This document shows, one piece after another, positions 7,876 through 18,891 of a DNA stretch of 64,000 bases. Under the pieces are notes generated by a model that did no database searches, was not told the DNA's origin, and saw nothing but the letters and a program-made list of their open reading frames with translations. The DNA comes from Alphaproteobacteria bacterium (lineage in GTDB: Bacteria > Pseudomonadota > Alphaproteobacteria > Bin95), in contig CBDBGH010000003.1 in NCBI GenBank assembly GCA_965205265.1, positions 1,920,001 through 1,984,000 on the forward strand. Reading direction: 5' to 3'. A program made the position numbers and the translations under genes. The number at the start of each line of letters is the position of its first letter. The first letter of the stretch is position 1.

Positions 7876-8666
7876 TCCGGCACTCGCCGCTGCGCGCGCT
7901 CGGGCGCCTTCTGGCCTATGTCCTCTACACATTGCCTCTAATGCCGGTGCAAGCCTTCGCCGTGCTCTTCAAACGGCCCCTCGCCGTGACCCTGCCGCTT
8001 GCCTACCATCGGCGCTGCGCCGGGCTTCTTGGCTTCGAACTCCGGACCCACGGGACGCTGAGCACGACCCGCCCGACCCTGTTCGTGTGCAACCATGTCA
8101 CCTATCTCGACATCGTCACGCTGGGGGCGACGCTGCCGGCCTCTTTCGTCGCCAAGTCGGAGGTCGCGGGCTGGCCCTTTTTCGGGCTGCTTGCTAGGCT
8201 GCAAAGAAGCGTGTTCGTGGACCGGCGGCCGCGTTCGACCGCCGGCCAGCGCGACGCCATGCAGACGCGGCTCGAAAGCGGCGACAACCTGATTCTCTTC
8301 CCGGAGGGCACGTCCAGCAACGGAAGCCGGGTGCTGCCTTTCAAGAGCGCCCTGTTCAGCGTCGCAGAGCGCGAGGTCGGCGGCAAACCGCTGGTAGTGC
8401 AGCCGGTATCGGTCGCCTATTCCGCCATAGACGGCCTGCCGACCGGCCGGGCGCATATGCCGCGCATCGCCTGGTATGGCGATATGGGCATGGCGGGCCA
8501 TATCTGGAACGTGTTGGGTTTGGGACGGATATCGGTGGACATCGTGTTGCACAGCCCTACCAGCTATGCCGAGTTCGCAAACAGGCGGGATATGGCGCGC
8601 GTCTGCCACGAAGCGGTGGCCGGCGGCATGGAGAAGGCCCTAGCCGGCCGACTCGCAGGCGGTTGA
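7872..8666 (+). CDS. Lysophospholipid acyltransferase (OlsA/PlsC family)
   Basis: [22 protein letters not shown] motifs; GTG overlaps the olsB stop. Confidence 0.85.
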   Translation: MIRHSPLRALGRLLAYVLYTLPLMPVQAFAVLFKRPLAVTLPLAYHRRCAGLLGFELRTHGTLSTTRPTLFVCNHVTYLDIVTLGATLPASFVAKSEVAGWPFFGLLARLQRSVFVDRRPRSTAGQRDAMQTRLESGDNLILFPEGTSSNGSRVLPFKSALFSVAEREVGGKPLVVQPVSVAYSAIDGLPTGRAHMPRIAWYGDMGMAGHIWNVLGLGRISVDIVLHSPTSYAEFANRRDMARVCHEAVAGGMEKALAGRLAGG

Positions 8667-8701
8667 CGCGCCCGCGCCGAATGCTAGCTTCACGCGCATC
8701 G

Positions 8702-10057
8702 ATGCTCGAGACACCGACAAGGCAGGCAGTGCGAAAGAAGCTGTTTGTCAAAACATATGGCTGCCAGATGAACGTGTACGACTCCGAACGGATGTCGGAA
8801 ATGCTGGCGGCCGTTGGCTACGAGGCCACCCGGACCGCCGACGACGCCGACCTCGTGGTGCTCAATACCTGCCATATCCGCGAGAAGGCTGCTGAAAAGG
8901 TCTATTCCGAGGTCGGCCGGCTGCGTGCGCTCAAGGCCCGCCGCCCGGACATGCTGATTGCCGTCGCCGGCTGCGTCGCCCAGGCCGAGGCCGGGGAAGT
9001 GGTGCGCCGCGCGCCTGCCGTCGATATCGTCGTCGGGCCGCAAGCCTATCATCGCCTGCCGGAAATGCTGGCCCGGGCCGAGCGGACGCGGGGCGGCGGA
9101 ATCATAGACGTGGACTTCCGCCCGGAAACGAAATTCGACGAGCTTCCGGTTCCCGAAGGGCCGGCGGGGCCGAGCGCGTTCCTCACGATCCAGGAGGGCT
9201 GCGACAAATTCTGCACCTTCTGCGTCGTGCCCTATACGCGCGGCGCCGAGTATTCCCGACCGGCGGCGGCGGTGGTCGCCGAGGCGAAGGAACTCGCCAG
9301 GCGCGGCGCGCGCGAAATCGTGCTGCTCGGCCAGAACGTGAATGCATGGCGCGGCGAGGGCGCCGGCGGCCGCGACTGGACCCTGGCGCGCCTCATCCGG
9401 GCGCTGGCCGAAATCGAGGGCGTCGAGCGGCTGCGCTACACGACCTCGCATCCCCGCGACATGACCGACGACCTGATCGAGGCGCATGGCGCGGTGCCGG
9501 CGCTGATGCCCTTCCTGCATCTCCCGGTCCAGGCCGGCTCGGACCGGGTGCTGGAGCGGATGAACCGCAAGCACCGCGCTTCGGACTACAGGCGCATCGT
9601 CGAGCGGCTCCGCGCCGCCCGGCCCGACATTGCGCTCGCCTCGGACTTCATCGTCGGGTTCCCGGGAGAGAGCGAGCGTGACTTCGAGCAGACGCTGGGC
9701 CTCGTGAGGGATGTCGGCTACGCCCAGGCCTATTCGTTCAAGTTCAGCGCCCGGCCCGGCACGCCTGCCGCCGCCGACCCCCTGCAGGTGCCGGAAGCGG
9801 CCAAGGGCGAACGCCTGGCCCGGCTTCAACAGCTGCTGAACGGCCAGCAGCAGGCATTCAACCGGGGCTGCGTCGGGAAACGCCTTCCCGTGCTGTTCGA
9901 GCGGCCCGGCAAACGGGACGGCCAGCTCGTCGGGCGGTCTCCCTACATGCAGGCGGTCCATGCAGAAGCGGGCGCAGCCGGGATCGGCGACCTTGCCGAG
10001 GTCGAAATCCTGGCCGCCGGCCCGAACAGCCTCTCCGGCGGGAGCCTCGCAATTTGA
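8702..10057 (+). CDS. miaB: tRNA-2-methylthio-N6-dimethylallyladenosine synthase
   Basis: [23 protein letters not shown] radical-SAM motif, TRAM end; start could be GTG 8729. Confidence 0.95.
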   Translation: MLETPTRQAVRKKLFVKTYGCQMNVYDSERMSEMLAAVGYEATRTADDADLVVLNTCHIREKAAEKVYSEVGRLRALKARRPDMLIAVAGCVAQAEAGEVVRRAPAVDIVVGPQAYHRLPEMLARAERTRGGGIIDVDFRPETKFDELPVPEGPAGPSAFLTIQEGCDKFCTFCVVPYTRGAEYSRPAAAVVAEAKELARRGAREIVLLGQNVNAWRGEGAGGRDWTLARLIRALAEIEGVERLRYTTSHPRDMTDDLIEAHGAVPALMPFLHLPVQAGSDRVLERMNRKHRASDYRRIVERLRAARPDIALASDFIVGFPGESERDFEQTLGLVRDVGYAQAYSFKFSARPGTPAAADPLQVPEAAKGERLARLQQLLNGQQQAFNRGCVGKRLPVLFERPGKRDGQLVGRSPYMQAVHAEAGAAGIGDLAEVEILAAGPNSLSGGSLAI

Positions 10058-11034
10058 GCGAAGCGCGTCTTCAGTTCGACGACAACAGCCTTCTGCCGGC
10101 CCTGTACGGCACGCACGACCGCAACCTGGCGCGTCTGGAACAGAAATTCGGCGTATCCATGCACGCGCGCGGCAACGAACTGGCCATCGCCGGACCGGAA
10201 AGCGCCGTGGCGGCGGCGCGCTCCGCGATGGACCTGCTTTACGACCGCGCAAGGCGGGGGCTCGAAATCGACCCGGGCGAAGTGGACGGCGCGGCGCGGC
10301 TCGCCGAGGTCGCCGGCATTGCCAGGCTGCCCGGCGCCGGCGGCGACCTGTTCGGCGCCGATAGCGAAACCGTGGAAACCCGGCGGCGCCTGATCGCCCC
10401 CCGTTCCCCCAACCAGGCGCTGTATCTCAAGACGATCCGCGAGCGCGACGTGGTCTTCGGGGAAGGCCCGGCAGGCACCGGCAAGACCTATCTTGCCGTG
10501 GCGGCGGCGGTTTCCATGCAGACGGCGGGAGAGGTGGACCGAATCGTGCTGTCGCGCCCGGCGGTCGAGGCCGGCGAGCGTCTCGGCTTCCTTCCGGGCG
10601 ATCTTCGCGAAAAGGTCGATCCCTATCTTCGGCCCCTCTACGATGCTCTGCACGACATGGTCTCGGGCGACCGGGTGATGCGCCAGATCGGCAATGGGGA
10701 GATCGAGATTGCGCCGCTCGCCTTCATGCGGGGACGCACTCTTGCCAGGTCGTTCGTCATCCTGGACGAGGCGCAGAACACGACCCCCACCCAGATGAAG
10801 ATGTTCCTGACCCGCCTGGGCGAAGGCTCGCGGATGGTGGTGACGGGCGACATGTCCCAGGTCGATCTGCCGGGAGGGGTGCGCTCGGGGCTGGCCGAGG
10901 CGCTCGACGTGCTGGGAGGTGTGGACGGTGTCGGCGTGGTGCGCTTCAACTCCCGCGATGTGGTCCGGCACCCGGTGGTGACGCGCATCGTCGATGCCTA
11001 TGACGCGGCTGCCAAGGCGCGCCGCGATGGATAA
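10054..11034 (+). CDS. phoH: PhoH-family ATPase
   Basis: [29 protein letters not shown]; canonical position after miaB. Confidence 0.93.
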   Translation: MSEARLQFDDNSLLPALYGTHDRNLARLEQKFGVSMHARGNELAIAGPESAVAAARSAMDLLYDRARRGLEIDPGEVDGAARLAEVAGIARLPGAGGDLFGADSETVETRRRLIAPRSPNQALYLKTIRERDVVFGEGPAGTGKTYLAVAAAVSMQTAGEVDRIVLSRPAVEAGERLGFLPGDLREKVDPYLRPLYDALHDMVSGDRVMRQIGNGEIEIAPLAFMRGRTLARSFVILDEAQNTTPTQMKMFLTRLGEGSRMVVTGDMSQVDLPGGVRSGLAEALDVLGGVDGVGVVRFNSRDVVRHPVVTRIVDAYDAAAKARRDG

Positions 11035-11503
11035 GTGGACGGTCGAGGTCTCGCTCGGCGAGGGCGAATGGCCCGACGGCGAAGAGGCCGCCGACTGGTG
11101 CAGCCGCGCGGCATGCGCGGCGCTGGCCGGCGCCGGGCGAACCGAACCTGCGGAGCTTTCCGTTCTGCTCGGCAGCGATGCCGAGCTCCGCGCGTTGAAC
11201 CGCCGCTACCGGGGCCGCGACAAGCCGACGAATGTGCTCTCCTTCCCTTCCGGCGCCGCGCCCTGGCCGGGCGGGCCGCCGCTGCTCGGCGAGATTGCGC
11301 TGGCGGGCGCAACGGTCCGGCGCGAGGCCGTCGAGCAGCGCAAGACGCTGCACGACCACCTGTGCCACCTCGTGGTCCACGGGACATTGCATCTCCTCGG
11401 GTTCGATCATGCAACCGAAGCGGCAGCCGTGCGTATGGAGCGGCTGGAGGCGCGTTGCCTCGAAACCCTGTCGGTAGCCGACCCCTATGAGGAGCGGGGC
11501 TGA
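11027..11503 (+). CDS. ybeY: rRNA maturation endoribonuclease YbeY
   Basis: RGRDKPTNVLSF and HGTLHLLGFDH motifs. Confidence 0.95.
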   Translation: MDKWTVEVSLGEGEWPDGEEAADWCSRAACAALAGAGRTEPAELSVLLGSDAELRALNRRYRGRDKPTNVLSFPSGAAPWPGGPPLLGEIALAGATVRREAVEQRKTLHDHLCHLVVHGTLHLLGFDHATEAAAVRMERLEARCLETLSVADPYEERG

Positions 11504-11509
11504 CCGGCC

Positions 11510-12379
11510 GTGGACACGACGCACCATACGCCGAACGGCAATGGCGGCCGCCTGAAAGGCATCTGGCGCCGTCTTTCGGGAAGGCGAAGCAATGAGGGCT
11601 CGATCAGCGAAACCCTGTCGGACCTTGCGGCTCAGCATACCGAGGACGTAACGCCCATCGACCCGCTCGAACGGGCCCTGCTGGAAAACACGCTCAAGCT
11701 TCGCCGCATGACGATCGAGGATGTGATGGTGCCGCGGGCGGACATCGTCGCCGTTTCCGCGGAGACGCCGCTCCATGAGGTCGTGGCTGCGGTCGAGCAG
11801 TCGCGCCACTCGCGCCTTCCGGTATTCGAGAAGGATCTCGACCGGATCGTCGGCATGATCCACGCGAAGGACGTGCTGGCTCATATCGGCAAGCCGGACC
11901 CGCCATCGCTCAAGGACCTCGCGCGCGAAGTCCTGTTCGTCTCGCCGGCGATGCTGGTTCTGGACCTGTTGCTCGACATGCGGCTCAAGCGCACGCATAT
12001 GGCCCTGGTCGTGGACGAGTTCGGCGGCATAGACGGTCTCGCCACAATCGAGGACCTGGTGGAGGAAATCGTCGGCGACATCGAGGACGAGCACGACATC
12101 GCGGAATCGCCGCAACTGGAGACGCGGCCGGACGGCACGCTGGTGGCGGACGCCAGGGCGACGCTGGAGGATTTCGAGGCGGCTGTCGGCGAGGTCCTGA
12201 CCGACGATGAGCGCGAGGACCTCGACACTCTGGGCGGGCTCGTTTTCAACCTGGTCGGGCGCGTTCCGAGCCGCGGGGAGCTGGTGTCGCATCCCTCGGG
12301 CCTGGAATTCGAGGTGCTGGACGGCGACCCGCGCCGGCTGAAGCGGCTCAGGGTCCGCAATCTGCCGGCGGACGAATGA
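11510..12379 (+). CDS. CBS-domain HlyC/CorC family protein
   Basis: DVMVPRADI, HSRLPV, VVDEFGG, IEDLVEEIVGDIEDEHD. Confidence 0.9.
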   Translation: MDTTHHTPNGNGGRLKGIWRRLSGRRSNEGSISETLSDLAAQHTEDVTPIDPLERALLENTLKLRRMTIEDVMVPRADIVAVSAETPLHEVVAAVEQSRHSRLPVFEKDLDRIVGMIHAKDVLAHIGKPDPPSLKDLAREVLFVSPAMLVLDLLLDMRLKRTHMALVVDEFGGIDGLATIEDLVEEIVGDIEDEHDIAESPQLETRPDGTLVADARATLEDFEAAVGEVLTDDEREDLDTLGGLVFNLVGRVPSRGELVSHPSGLEFEVLDGDPRRLKRLRVRNLPADE

Positions 12380-13869
12380 GAACGCGGCTCGCCGGGCTGG
12401 CGGGCCGGAAACGGCTATTGGCCGCAGCGGCCGCAGGCATGGGCGCCACACTGGCCGTGCCGCCTCTGGGCGCAACGCCGGCCCTGGCCGCAGGCCTGGT
12501 GGCGCTTGCATGGCTGCTCGACGGCACGGCGCGGTTCAGGGACGCCTTCCTGACGGCCTTCGCCTTCGCCTTCGGGTTCTTCGCCGCCGGCCTCTACTGG
12601 GTGGCCGGCTCCTTCTTCGTCATCGGCGGCGCAACGGCGGCAGGCGGGCCGGCGGCCGTTCTGGGCCTGGCGGCGCTGCTTGCCTTCTTTCCGGCTTTTC
12701 CCGCTGCGCTGGCGCATCGCCTGACGCAACCGGGCACAGGACGGGCTCTGGCGCTGGCGGCCGCGCTCGGCCTCGGCGACTGGCTGCGCGGCCATCTGCT
12801 GACCGGCTTTCCCTGGAACCTGTTCGGCTATTCCTGGCTGCACGTACCGGCCGTCGAGCAGGCGGCCGCGGTCATCGGCATATACGGGGTCGGGCTGGCG
12901 ACGCTTGCTGTCTGCCTTCTCCTGTCCGTGCCCGACCGGCGGGCATGGACGGCAGCCGCTCTCGCGGTTGCAGCGATGTTCGCTTACGGCGAGCTTCGCG
13001 TCGGCGGCGCGCCCCCGGTGGAGACGGCAGGCGGGCCGCTTCTGCGCCTCGTGCAGCCCAATATCCCGCAATCCGAGAAATGGCGCCGCGAGGATGCCGC
13101 CGCCCACCTGCAGCGCCTGGTGCGCCTTGCCTCCGCAGGCCCGGTGCCGGACGCCGCGATCTGGCCCGAAACGGCCGTCGCCCGGCTGCTGCATTCCAAG
13201 TCGCCGCTTGTCGAGGCGCTGGGAAAGAGCGTCGAGAGCCGCCGGGGGCTGATTTCCGGTGCGCCCTGGCGGGAGGACGGGCGTTACTACAACAGCATCC
13301 TCGCGATAGACCGCGAGGGCCGGATACAGGGGCGCCACGACAAGGCGCATCTCGTGCCCTTCGGCGAATATGTGCCGCTGCGCAGCCTGCTGGGCGCGGC
13401 GAAGCTGACGGTCGGGGGCAAGGACTTCGCCGCGGGGCCGGGCCCCTCGACGCTTGTCCTTCCGGGTATTCCGCCGTTCGGCGCGCTGATCTGCTTCGAG
13501 GCGATCTTTCCGGGCGAGGTCGTTGCAACCGATGACCCGCCGGAATGGCTGCTGAACCTGACCAACGACGCCTGGTTCGGCGAAACGGCGGGGCCGCACC
13601 AGCATTTCGAAATCGCGCGCATGCGCGCCATCGAGACCGGCCTGCCGGTCCTGCGCGTCGCCAATACCGGCATCACCGGCGCGGTGGACGGCTACGGGCG
13701 CCGCCTCGGCAGGCTCGAACTCGGAACCGCCGGCAGCCTCGACATCCGCCTGCCTGCTCCGCTTGCGGAAACGACCTACGGCCGCCTGGGCGACCTGCCG
13801 TTCTTCGCGGGGGTCTTGCTGCTCGCCGCCTTCGCCGCCTGGCGCGGCCGGCCCGGCGGCCGTCGATAG
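12376..13869 (+). CDS. lnt: Apolipoprotein N-acyltransferase
   Basis: TM N-terminus, GFPW, VQPNI, WPETA, KAHLVPFGEY, ICFE, TNDAWF. Confidence 0.93.
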   Translation: MRTRLAGLAGRKRLLAAAAAGMGATLAVPPLGATPALAAGLVALAWLLDGTARFRDAFLTAFAFAFGFFAAGLYWVAGSFFVIGGATAAGGPAAVLGLAALLAFFPAFPAALAHRLTQPGTGRALALAAALGLGDWLRGHLLTGFPWNLFGYSWLHVPAVEQAAAVIGIYGVGLATLAVCLLLSVPDRRAWTAAALAVAAMFAYGELRVGGAPPVETAGGPLLRLVQPNIPQSEKWRREDAAAHLQRLVRLASAGPVPDAAIWPETAVARLLHSKSPLVEALGKSVESRRGLISGAPWREDGRYYNSILAIDREGRIQGRHDKAHLVPFGEYVPLRSLLGAAKLTVGGKDFAAGPGPSTLVLPGIPPFGALICFEAIFPGEVVATDDPPEWLLNLTNDAWFGETAGPHQHFEIARMRAIETGLPVLRVANTGITGAVDGYGRRLGRLELGTAGSLDIRLPAPLAETTYGRLGDLPFFAGVLLLAAFAAWRGRPGGRR

Positions 13870-14674
13870 GAGCCGCCGCCCGCCGTCGGGTCGCGCCGCA
13901 CATGGCCGCGCTCGCGAAAGCGCCGGACAACATCCGGGCTCTCATCGCACCGACCACCGGGATTACGATAGCCGAAGACGAATTTGGGGGTCTTGGGCCC
14001 CGCCGCCGACCAATCGCTTGAATTATTGGAGAAAAACCTGCGCAGCCGGCTCGATTTAGCGTAGCATTTCCGCACCATTTTCAAACTTGGCATCTGCTAC
14101 AAGACTGGTGTTGAACGACAAGCCTTTCGGCCGCGCGTCATTCGGCATTGTTGTTCGTCTGCTGCCCGGCGTGGTTGTCGGTGTCAACGGCGGTCCTGCC
14201 GCAGAGACCATGCACGGCCGAAGCAGTTCCGGAACACGCCTTCGCAGGTCTGTCATTTACAGCCCGGGTCCCTGGCAGACTGCCGCCAGCACGACTCGTT
14301 CACGCGGCGAATGGCGCCTGCGGCAATCCGGATCGGGGCAGGGCCGGGCTCGGGTGAACGGTTTCGTCGTCTGCTCGTCCCACGCTCCCGCACGGGCGTT
14401 GCCAATAGGGGGCGTTCGGAGTCATGCTGGCGCCTGACCACACGCTCCGGCCGGTGCTCCGGCTTGAGGCCGACACTATCGAATCCGGCTGTAGCGGCGT
14501 GGCCGGCGCCTTCCGGTAGGAGGCAGCGATGGCGATAGGCGGGCTAAGTCTCCTGCGGGCGGTGGATCGGCACGCATTCATCGCCCCGGGCAGGCCGGGT
14601 TGCTGCCGCCGGATTGCCGGCGGACCGGGCCGACAGGCGGGGCACGCGGCGGACATGCTGGAACAGGCGCCCCC

Positions 14675-15253
14675 ATGAACAGGTCCCGCCCGTTCCTGGC
14701 CGCTGTGTTCCTGGTGGCGCTGTCGCTGGCCTCTGCGGCTCACGGACAGTCAGGCGAGCATTCGGAAATCCCCGGCCATGTGCGTGCCTACGCCCTTTGG
14801 CAGCAAGGCTACATATTGCACCTCAACGGCCGATACCGGGCCGCGGTCGACAGCTTCCGCAAGTCCATCGAGATTCTGCCCACGGCCGAGGGGCACACAT
14901 TTCTGGGCTGGTCGCTCAGCATGCTCGGGCATATCGAAGAAGCTATCGCCGAATGCCGGAAAGCCATCGCGCTCGATCCGGATTATGGCAATCCTTACAA
15001 CGATATCGGGGCCTATCTGATCGAACTCGGTCGCCCGCACGAGGCGATCCCGTGGCTCGAGAAGGCGACCTCCGCCAAGCGGTACTGTTGCTATCAGTTC
15101 GCGCATTTCAATCTCGGCCGCGTGCATCTGGTGGAGGGGAATCCCGACGCGGCGAGGCGCTCCTTCGAACAAGCCTTGCAGCACGACCCCGACTATCTGC
15201 CCGCACGAAAGGCTCTCGATTATCTCGACGCCGAATTCGGAAAACCGCTGTAG
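14675..15253 (+). CDS. Exported TPR-repeat protein
   Basis: Signal peptide; TPR helices (AEGHTFLGW, GNPYNDIGAYL, AHFNLGRV). Confidence 0.8.
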   Translation: MNRSRPFLAAVFLVALSLASAAHGQSGEHSEIPGHVRAYALWQQGYILHLNGRYRAAVDSFRKSIEILPTAEGHTFLGWSLSMLGHIEEAIAECRKAIALDPDYGNPYNDIGAYLIELGRPHEAIPWLEKATSAKRYCCYQFAHFNLGRVHLVEGNPDAARRSFEQALQHDPDYLPARKALDYLDAEFGKPL

Positions 15254-15338
15254 TCGAGCGCCCGGTGGCGCCTCCCGGCGGACGCGCATTTGACGCGCCC
15301 GCCGGGAGGCGTCAGTCTCCTGAGTCTGAGGGAATCCC

Positions 15339-16100
15339 ATGGCGGAACTCGACAAGAGGGTAGCTATCGTAACCGGCGGCGCCCGCGGCATCGGACGCGG
15401 CTGCGCACATGCGCTGGCCGAACGCGGCCTTGCCGTGGCGCTGGTGGACATCCTCACCGACGAGATGTCGGATACGAGGGCCGAGGTCGAGGCCCGGGGC
15501 GCCCCGTGCCTCGCCTTCGAGGCCGATGTCGCCGACCATGCCCGCGCGAGGGAGGTCGCCGGCAGCGTCCTCGACCGGTGGGGCCGGATCGATGTGCTCG
15601 TCAACAATGCCGGGCGGCCGATGCCGACCGGCATACTGGACCTCTCCGAGGAGCAGTGGGACACGACCATCGACGTCAACCTGAAGAGCTGCTTCAACTA
15701 CATCCAGGCCGTGGCGCCCACCATGCTGGCGCGCGAATACGGGCGCATCGTCTCGATGTCCTCGCTCAACGCCCACTCCGGCGGCGTGACGGCCGCCGTC
15801 TCCAGGGTGGCCTACGCCGCCGCCAAGGCCGGCATCATCGGCCTGACGCGCTCGCTCGCCAAGGAGCTGGGGCCGCACATCGCCATCAATTGCGTGTGCC
15901 CCGGCCTCATCAAGACCGAGCTCGCGCAGAAGAACCCGGTCATCGCCACGCGCGAGCCGGAACTGATCCAGGGCATTGCGCTCAACCGGACCGGCAGCCC
16001 GCGCGACGTGGCCGAGCTCGTGGCCTTCCTCGCGACCGTGGAGCCCTGCTTCGTCACCGGCCAGGACATCACCATAGACGGCTTCCAATGGAACCGGTGA
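15339..16100 (+). CDS. SDR-family oxidoreductase
   Basis: TGGARGIG, NNAG, YAAAK. Confidence 0.9.
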   Translation: MAELDKRVAIVTGGARGIGRGCAHALAERGLAVALVDILTDEMSDTRAEVEARGAPCLAFEADVADHARAREVAGSVLDRWGRIDVLVNNAGRPMPTGILDLSEEQWDTTIDVNLKSCFNYIQAVAPTMLAREYGRIVSMSSLNAHSGGVTAAVSRVAYAAAKAGIIGLTRSLAKELGPHIAINCVCPGLIKTELAQKNPVIATREPELIQGIALNRTGSPRDVAELVAFLATVEPCFVTGQDITIDGFQWNR

Positions 16101-16192
16101 GGGCCGGGGGGACGGTTCGGGGACGGTCCCGGAATGGAAGGAGGCGGGCCTGCCCCGCCGCAATGGAACCGCAACAGGGAGACACACGAACG

Positions 16193-17758
16193 ATGCTCAT
16201 TCGCCAAGCATTCCGTCTTTGCCGCATCGCCGCCGCCGCGGCGGTCGCATTCGGCGCCGTGACGACAACCGCGGCGGCCGGCGGCAAGTTCGTATTCGCC
16301 AACTCATCCGCTTACGACACGCTCGATCCCCATGCCGTCTTCGATGTCGGGCGGGTCGCCTCGCGCATCAACCTCTATGACGGGCTGATGCGCTGGTTCG
16401 ACAATCCCCCGCATCTGGAGCCGTGGCTGGCCGAGAAGGTCGATATTTCGAAAGACGGGCTGACCTACACCTTCACGCTCCGGGACGCGAAGTTCCATGA
16501 CGGCTCGCCGGTGGAAGCCTCCGACGTGGTCTATTCCATCGACCGCATCCTGGCGATGAAGAAGGGCGCCTATTCGCTGTTCGAAGGCACGGTCGCGCCG
16601 GGCTCCACCCAGGCGCCCGACGCAAAGACGGTCGTCTTCAACCTCTCCAAGCCTTCGGCCATCTTCCTCGCCACGGTTCCGGAAATCCATGTCGTCAACG
16701 CCGAGCTGGTGAAGGCCAACGAGGCGGACGGCGACCTCGGCACCGCCTGGCTGTCGAAGAACGACGCCGGCTCCGGATCCTTCCGGCTCAAGCGCTACGA
16801 CCCGGCAATCGGCTGGCAGGCGACGCGCTTCGAGGACCATTTCTTCGGATGGGACATGGTGGACAACCCGCTCGACGAGATCGAGTTCCGCACGGTCGTC
16901 GAGATCAACTCGCGCGTGCTCGGCCTGATGAACGGCGACTTCCACGGCACAGACGGCTACCTGCCGCAGGATCAGGTGAAGCGCCTGCGCACCAGCGACC
17001 ATGTCGTGGTGCAGGAAGAAGAGTCCATGCGGATCTTCTATTCCATCATCCATAACGGCCGCCCGCCGATGAACGACATCAACTTCCGCAAGGCGTTGAG
17101 CTACGCCTTCGACTATGACGGGTTCATCGACAACATCCTGTCGGGGTCGGTCGCCCGCAACCCGGTGCCGCTGCCGAACAATATGTGGGGCTCGCCGTCG
17201 GGTCTGGCCGGCTATACGCTGGACCTTGAAAAGGCGAAGGAGCACCTCGCCAAGGTCGAGGGCGACATTCGGGAGATTTCGCTCGGGGCCCTTTCCGGCT
17301 ACGGCCAGACGGAACAGGCCGCAGCGCTGTTGCAGAACGGCCTGAACAAGATCGGCGTCAAGACCAAGATCGTCACCGACACCTGGCCTGTGGCTTCCGG
17401 CAAGATGCGCGACGAGCAGCAGATGTACGACCTGCTGTTCCTGTGGAAATCCACTTACTACGCCGACCCGAACAACTGGCTCGGCGAGATGTATGCCTGC
17501 GAGCAGATCGGTGCCCGCAACAACTCCTGGTACTGCAACGAGGAGGTGGACAAGCTGCTTTCCGAGGCGCGCGTTTCGACCGACCAGGAGCTGCGCCGGG
17601 CCAATTACGAGAAGGCCAACCGCCTGCTGATGGAGGATGCTGCGGGCATCTTCGTGTACAACACCAAGTGGTTCGGCCCGTTCAACAAGAACGCCAAGGG
17701 TATCCGGTTCTCGCCAATCGGCAACGGCCAGGAGATGCGCTGGGTCTCGATGGAATAG
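16193..17758 (+). CDS. ABC transporter substrate-binding protein (family 5, Dpp/Opp type)
   Basis: Signal peptide; LYDGL, TYTFTLR.AKFHDG, FRKALSYAFD. Confidence 0.9.
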   Translation: MLIRQAFRLCRIAAAAAVAFGAVTTTAAAGGKFVFANSSAYDTLDPHAVFDVGRVASRINLYDGLMRWFDNPPHLEPWLAEKVDISKDGLTYTFTLRDAKFHDGSPVEASDVVYSIDRILAMKKGAYSLFEGTVAPGSTQAPDAKTVVFNLSKPSAIFLATVPEIHVVNAELVKANEADGDLGTAWLSKNDAGSGSFRLKRYDPAIGWQATRFEDHFFGWDMVDNPLDEIEFRTVVEINSRVLGLMNGDFHGTDGYLPQDQVKRLRTSDHVVVQEEESMRIFYSIIHNGRPPMNDINFRKALSYAFDYDGFIDNILSGSVARNPVPLPNNMWGSPSGLAGYTLDLEKAKEHLAKVEGDIREISLGALSGYGQTEQAAALLQNGLNKIGVKTKIVTDTWPVASGKMRDEQQMYDLLFLWKSTYYADPNNWLGEMYACEQIGARNNSWYCNEEVDKLLSEARVSTDQELRRANYEKANRLLMEDAAGIFVYNTKWFGPFNKNAKGIRFSPIGNGQEMRWVSME

Positions 17759-17886
17759 CACGGCCCGGCAGGTTTGCGCGGCGGTTCCGGACCGGTTCCG
17801 GAGCCGCTGCGGTTCCTGCTCGGATCGAGATGCGGCAAGGACGGGGTCCGGCGGCAGCCGGGGCCTGACAGGATGGCCACATTCCG

Positions 17887-18891
17887 ATGCGCGAACTCGT
17901 CCTCACCCTCAACCGCCTGCTCTGGCTGGCGCCGACGCTTCTCGGTCTGCTCGCGATCACCTTCACGATCAGCCACATCATCCCGGCCGATCCCATCGCC
18001 TTCATCGCGGGCGACAATGCCAGCGCCGAGCAGATCGCCGCGCTCAAGGCCAAGTTCGGGGTGGACAAGCCTATCCCGGTGCAGCTCTGGAACTATGTCG
18101 TCGGCGTCGTCCAGGGCGATTTCGGTGTCAGCCTCTATACCCAGCGGCCGATTGCGGACGACCTGGTCTCCCGCCTGCCGGCCACGCTGGAGCTCGCCTT
18201 CGTCAGCATCCTGCTGTCGGCCGTCATCGGCATCCCGCTCGGTGTGCTGGCTGCAGTTGACCGCAATTCCTGGCTCGACCATGCGCTGCGCGTCTTCACC
18301 GTCTCCGGCCTCGCGATCGCTGCCTTCTGGCTGGCGATCCTGTTCCAGCTCCTGTTCGCGATGGAATGGGGCGCGACGCCCCTCCAGGGCCGGATCGACG
18401 GGTGGGGGCCCGACCCCGTCACAGGCTTCTTCCTCATCGACTCGGCCTGGGCCGGCGACTGGGAGGCGTTCCGGTCGGCGGCCCACCACATGGTCCTGCC
18501 GGCGGTCACGCTCGCCTTCCCCGCCATGGCGACGGTGATGCGTTTCACGCGCGCGGGCGTGCTCGACGCCATAAACTCCAACTATGTCGATTACCAGAAC
18601 GCCATGGGCGTGCCGCGCCGGGTCGTCATATGGCGCTATGTGCTGAGGAACGCGCTCATCGGCACGGTGACGCAGCTGGGCCTCATCTTCGGCAACCTGA
18701 TAGCGAACGCCGTCGTCGTGGAGGCCGTGTTCGACTGGCCCGGCCTCGGCCTCTACGCCGTCAACTCGATCCTGCAGTCCGACTACAACGCGATCATGGG
18801 CTTCACCCTCATCATGGGCGCCGTGTTCATCGTCGCCAACCTGCTGGTCGATATCGCCCACGGTTTCATCGACCCGCGCGAAGCCGGCTGA
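17887..18891 (+). CDS. Peptide-type ABC permease (DppB-like)
   Basis: GDFGVS, RLPATLEL, VVEAVFDWPGLG. Confidence 0.9.
   Translation: MRELVLTLNRLLWLAPTLLGLLAITFTISHIIPADPIAFIAGDNASAEQIAALKAKFGVDKPIPVQLWNYVVGVVQGDFGVSLYTQRPIADDLVSRLPATLELAFVSILLSAVIGIPLGVLAAVDRNSWLDHALRVFTVSGLAIAAFWLAILFQLLFAMEWGATPLQGRIDGWGPDPVTGFFLIDSAWAGDWEAFRSAAHHMVLPAVTLAFPAMATVMRFTRAGVLDAINSNYVDYQNAMGVPRRVVIWRYVLRNALIGTVTQLGLIFGNLIANAVVVEAVFDWPGLGLYAVNSILQSDYNAIMGFTLIMGAVFIVANLLVDIAHGFIDPREAG

Noticed and set aside
17770-17830. CGGTTCC repeats between the binding-protein and permease genes
   Set aside because: Consistent with an ordinary intercistronic mRNA-stabilising hairpin in ABC operons
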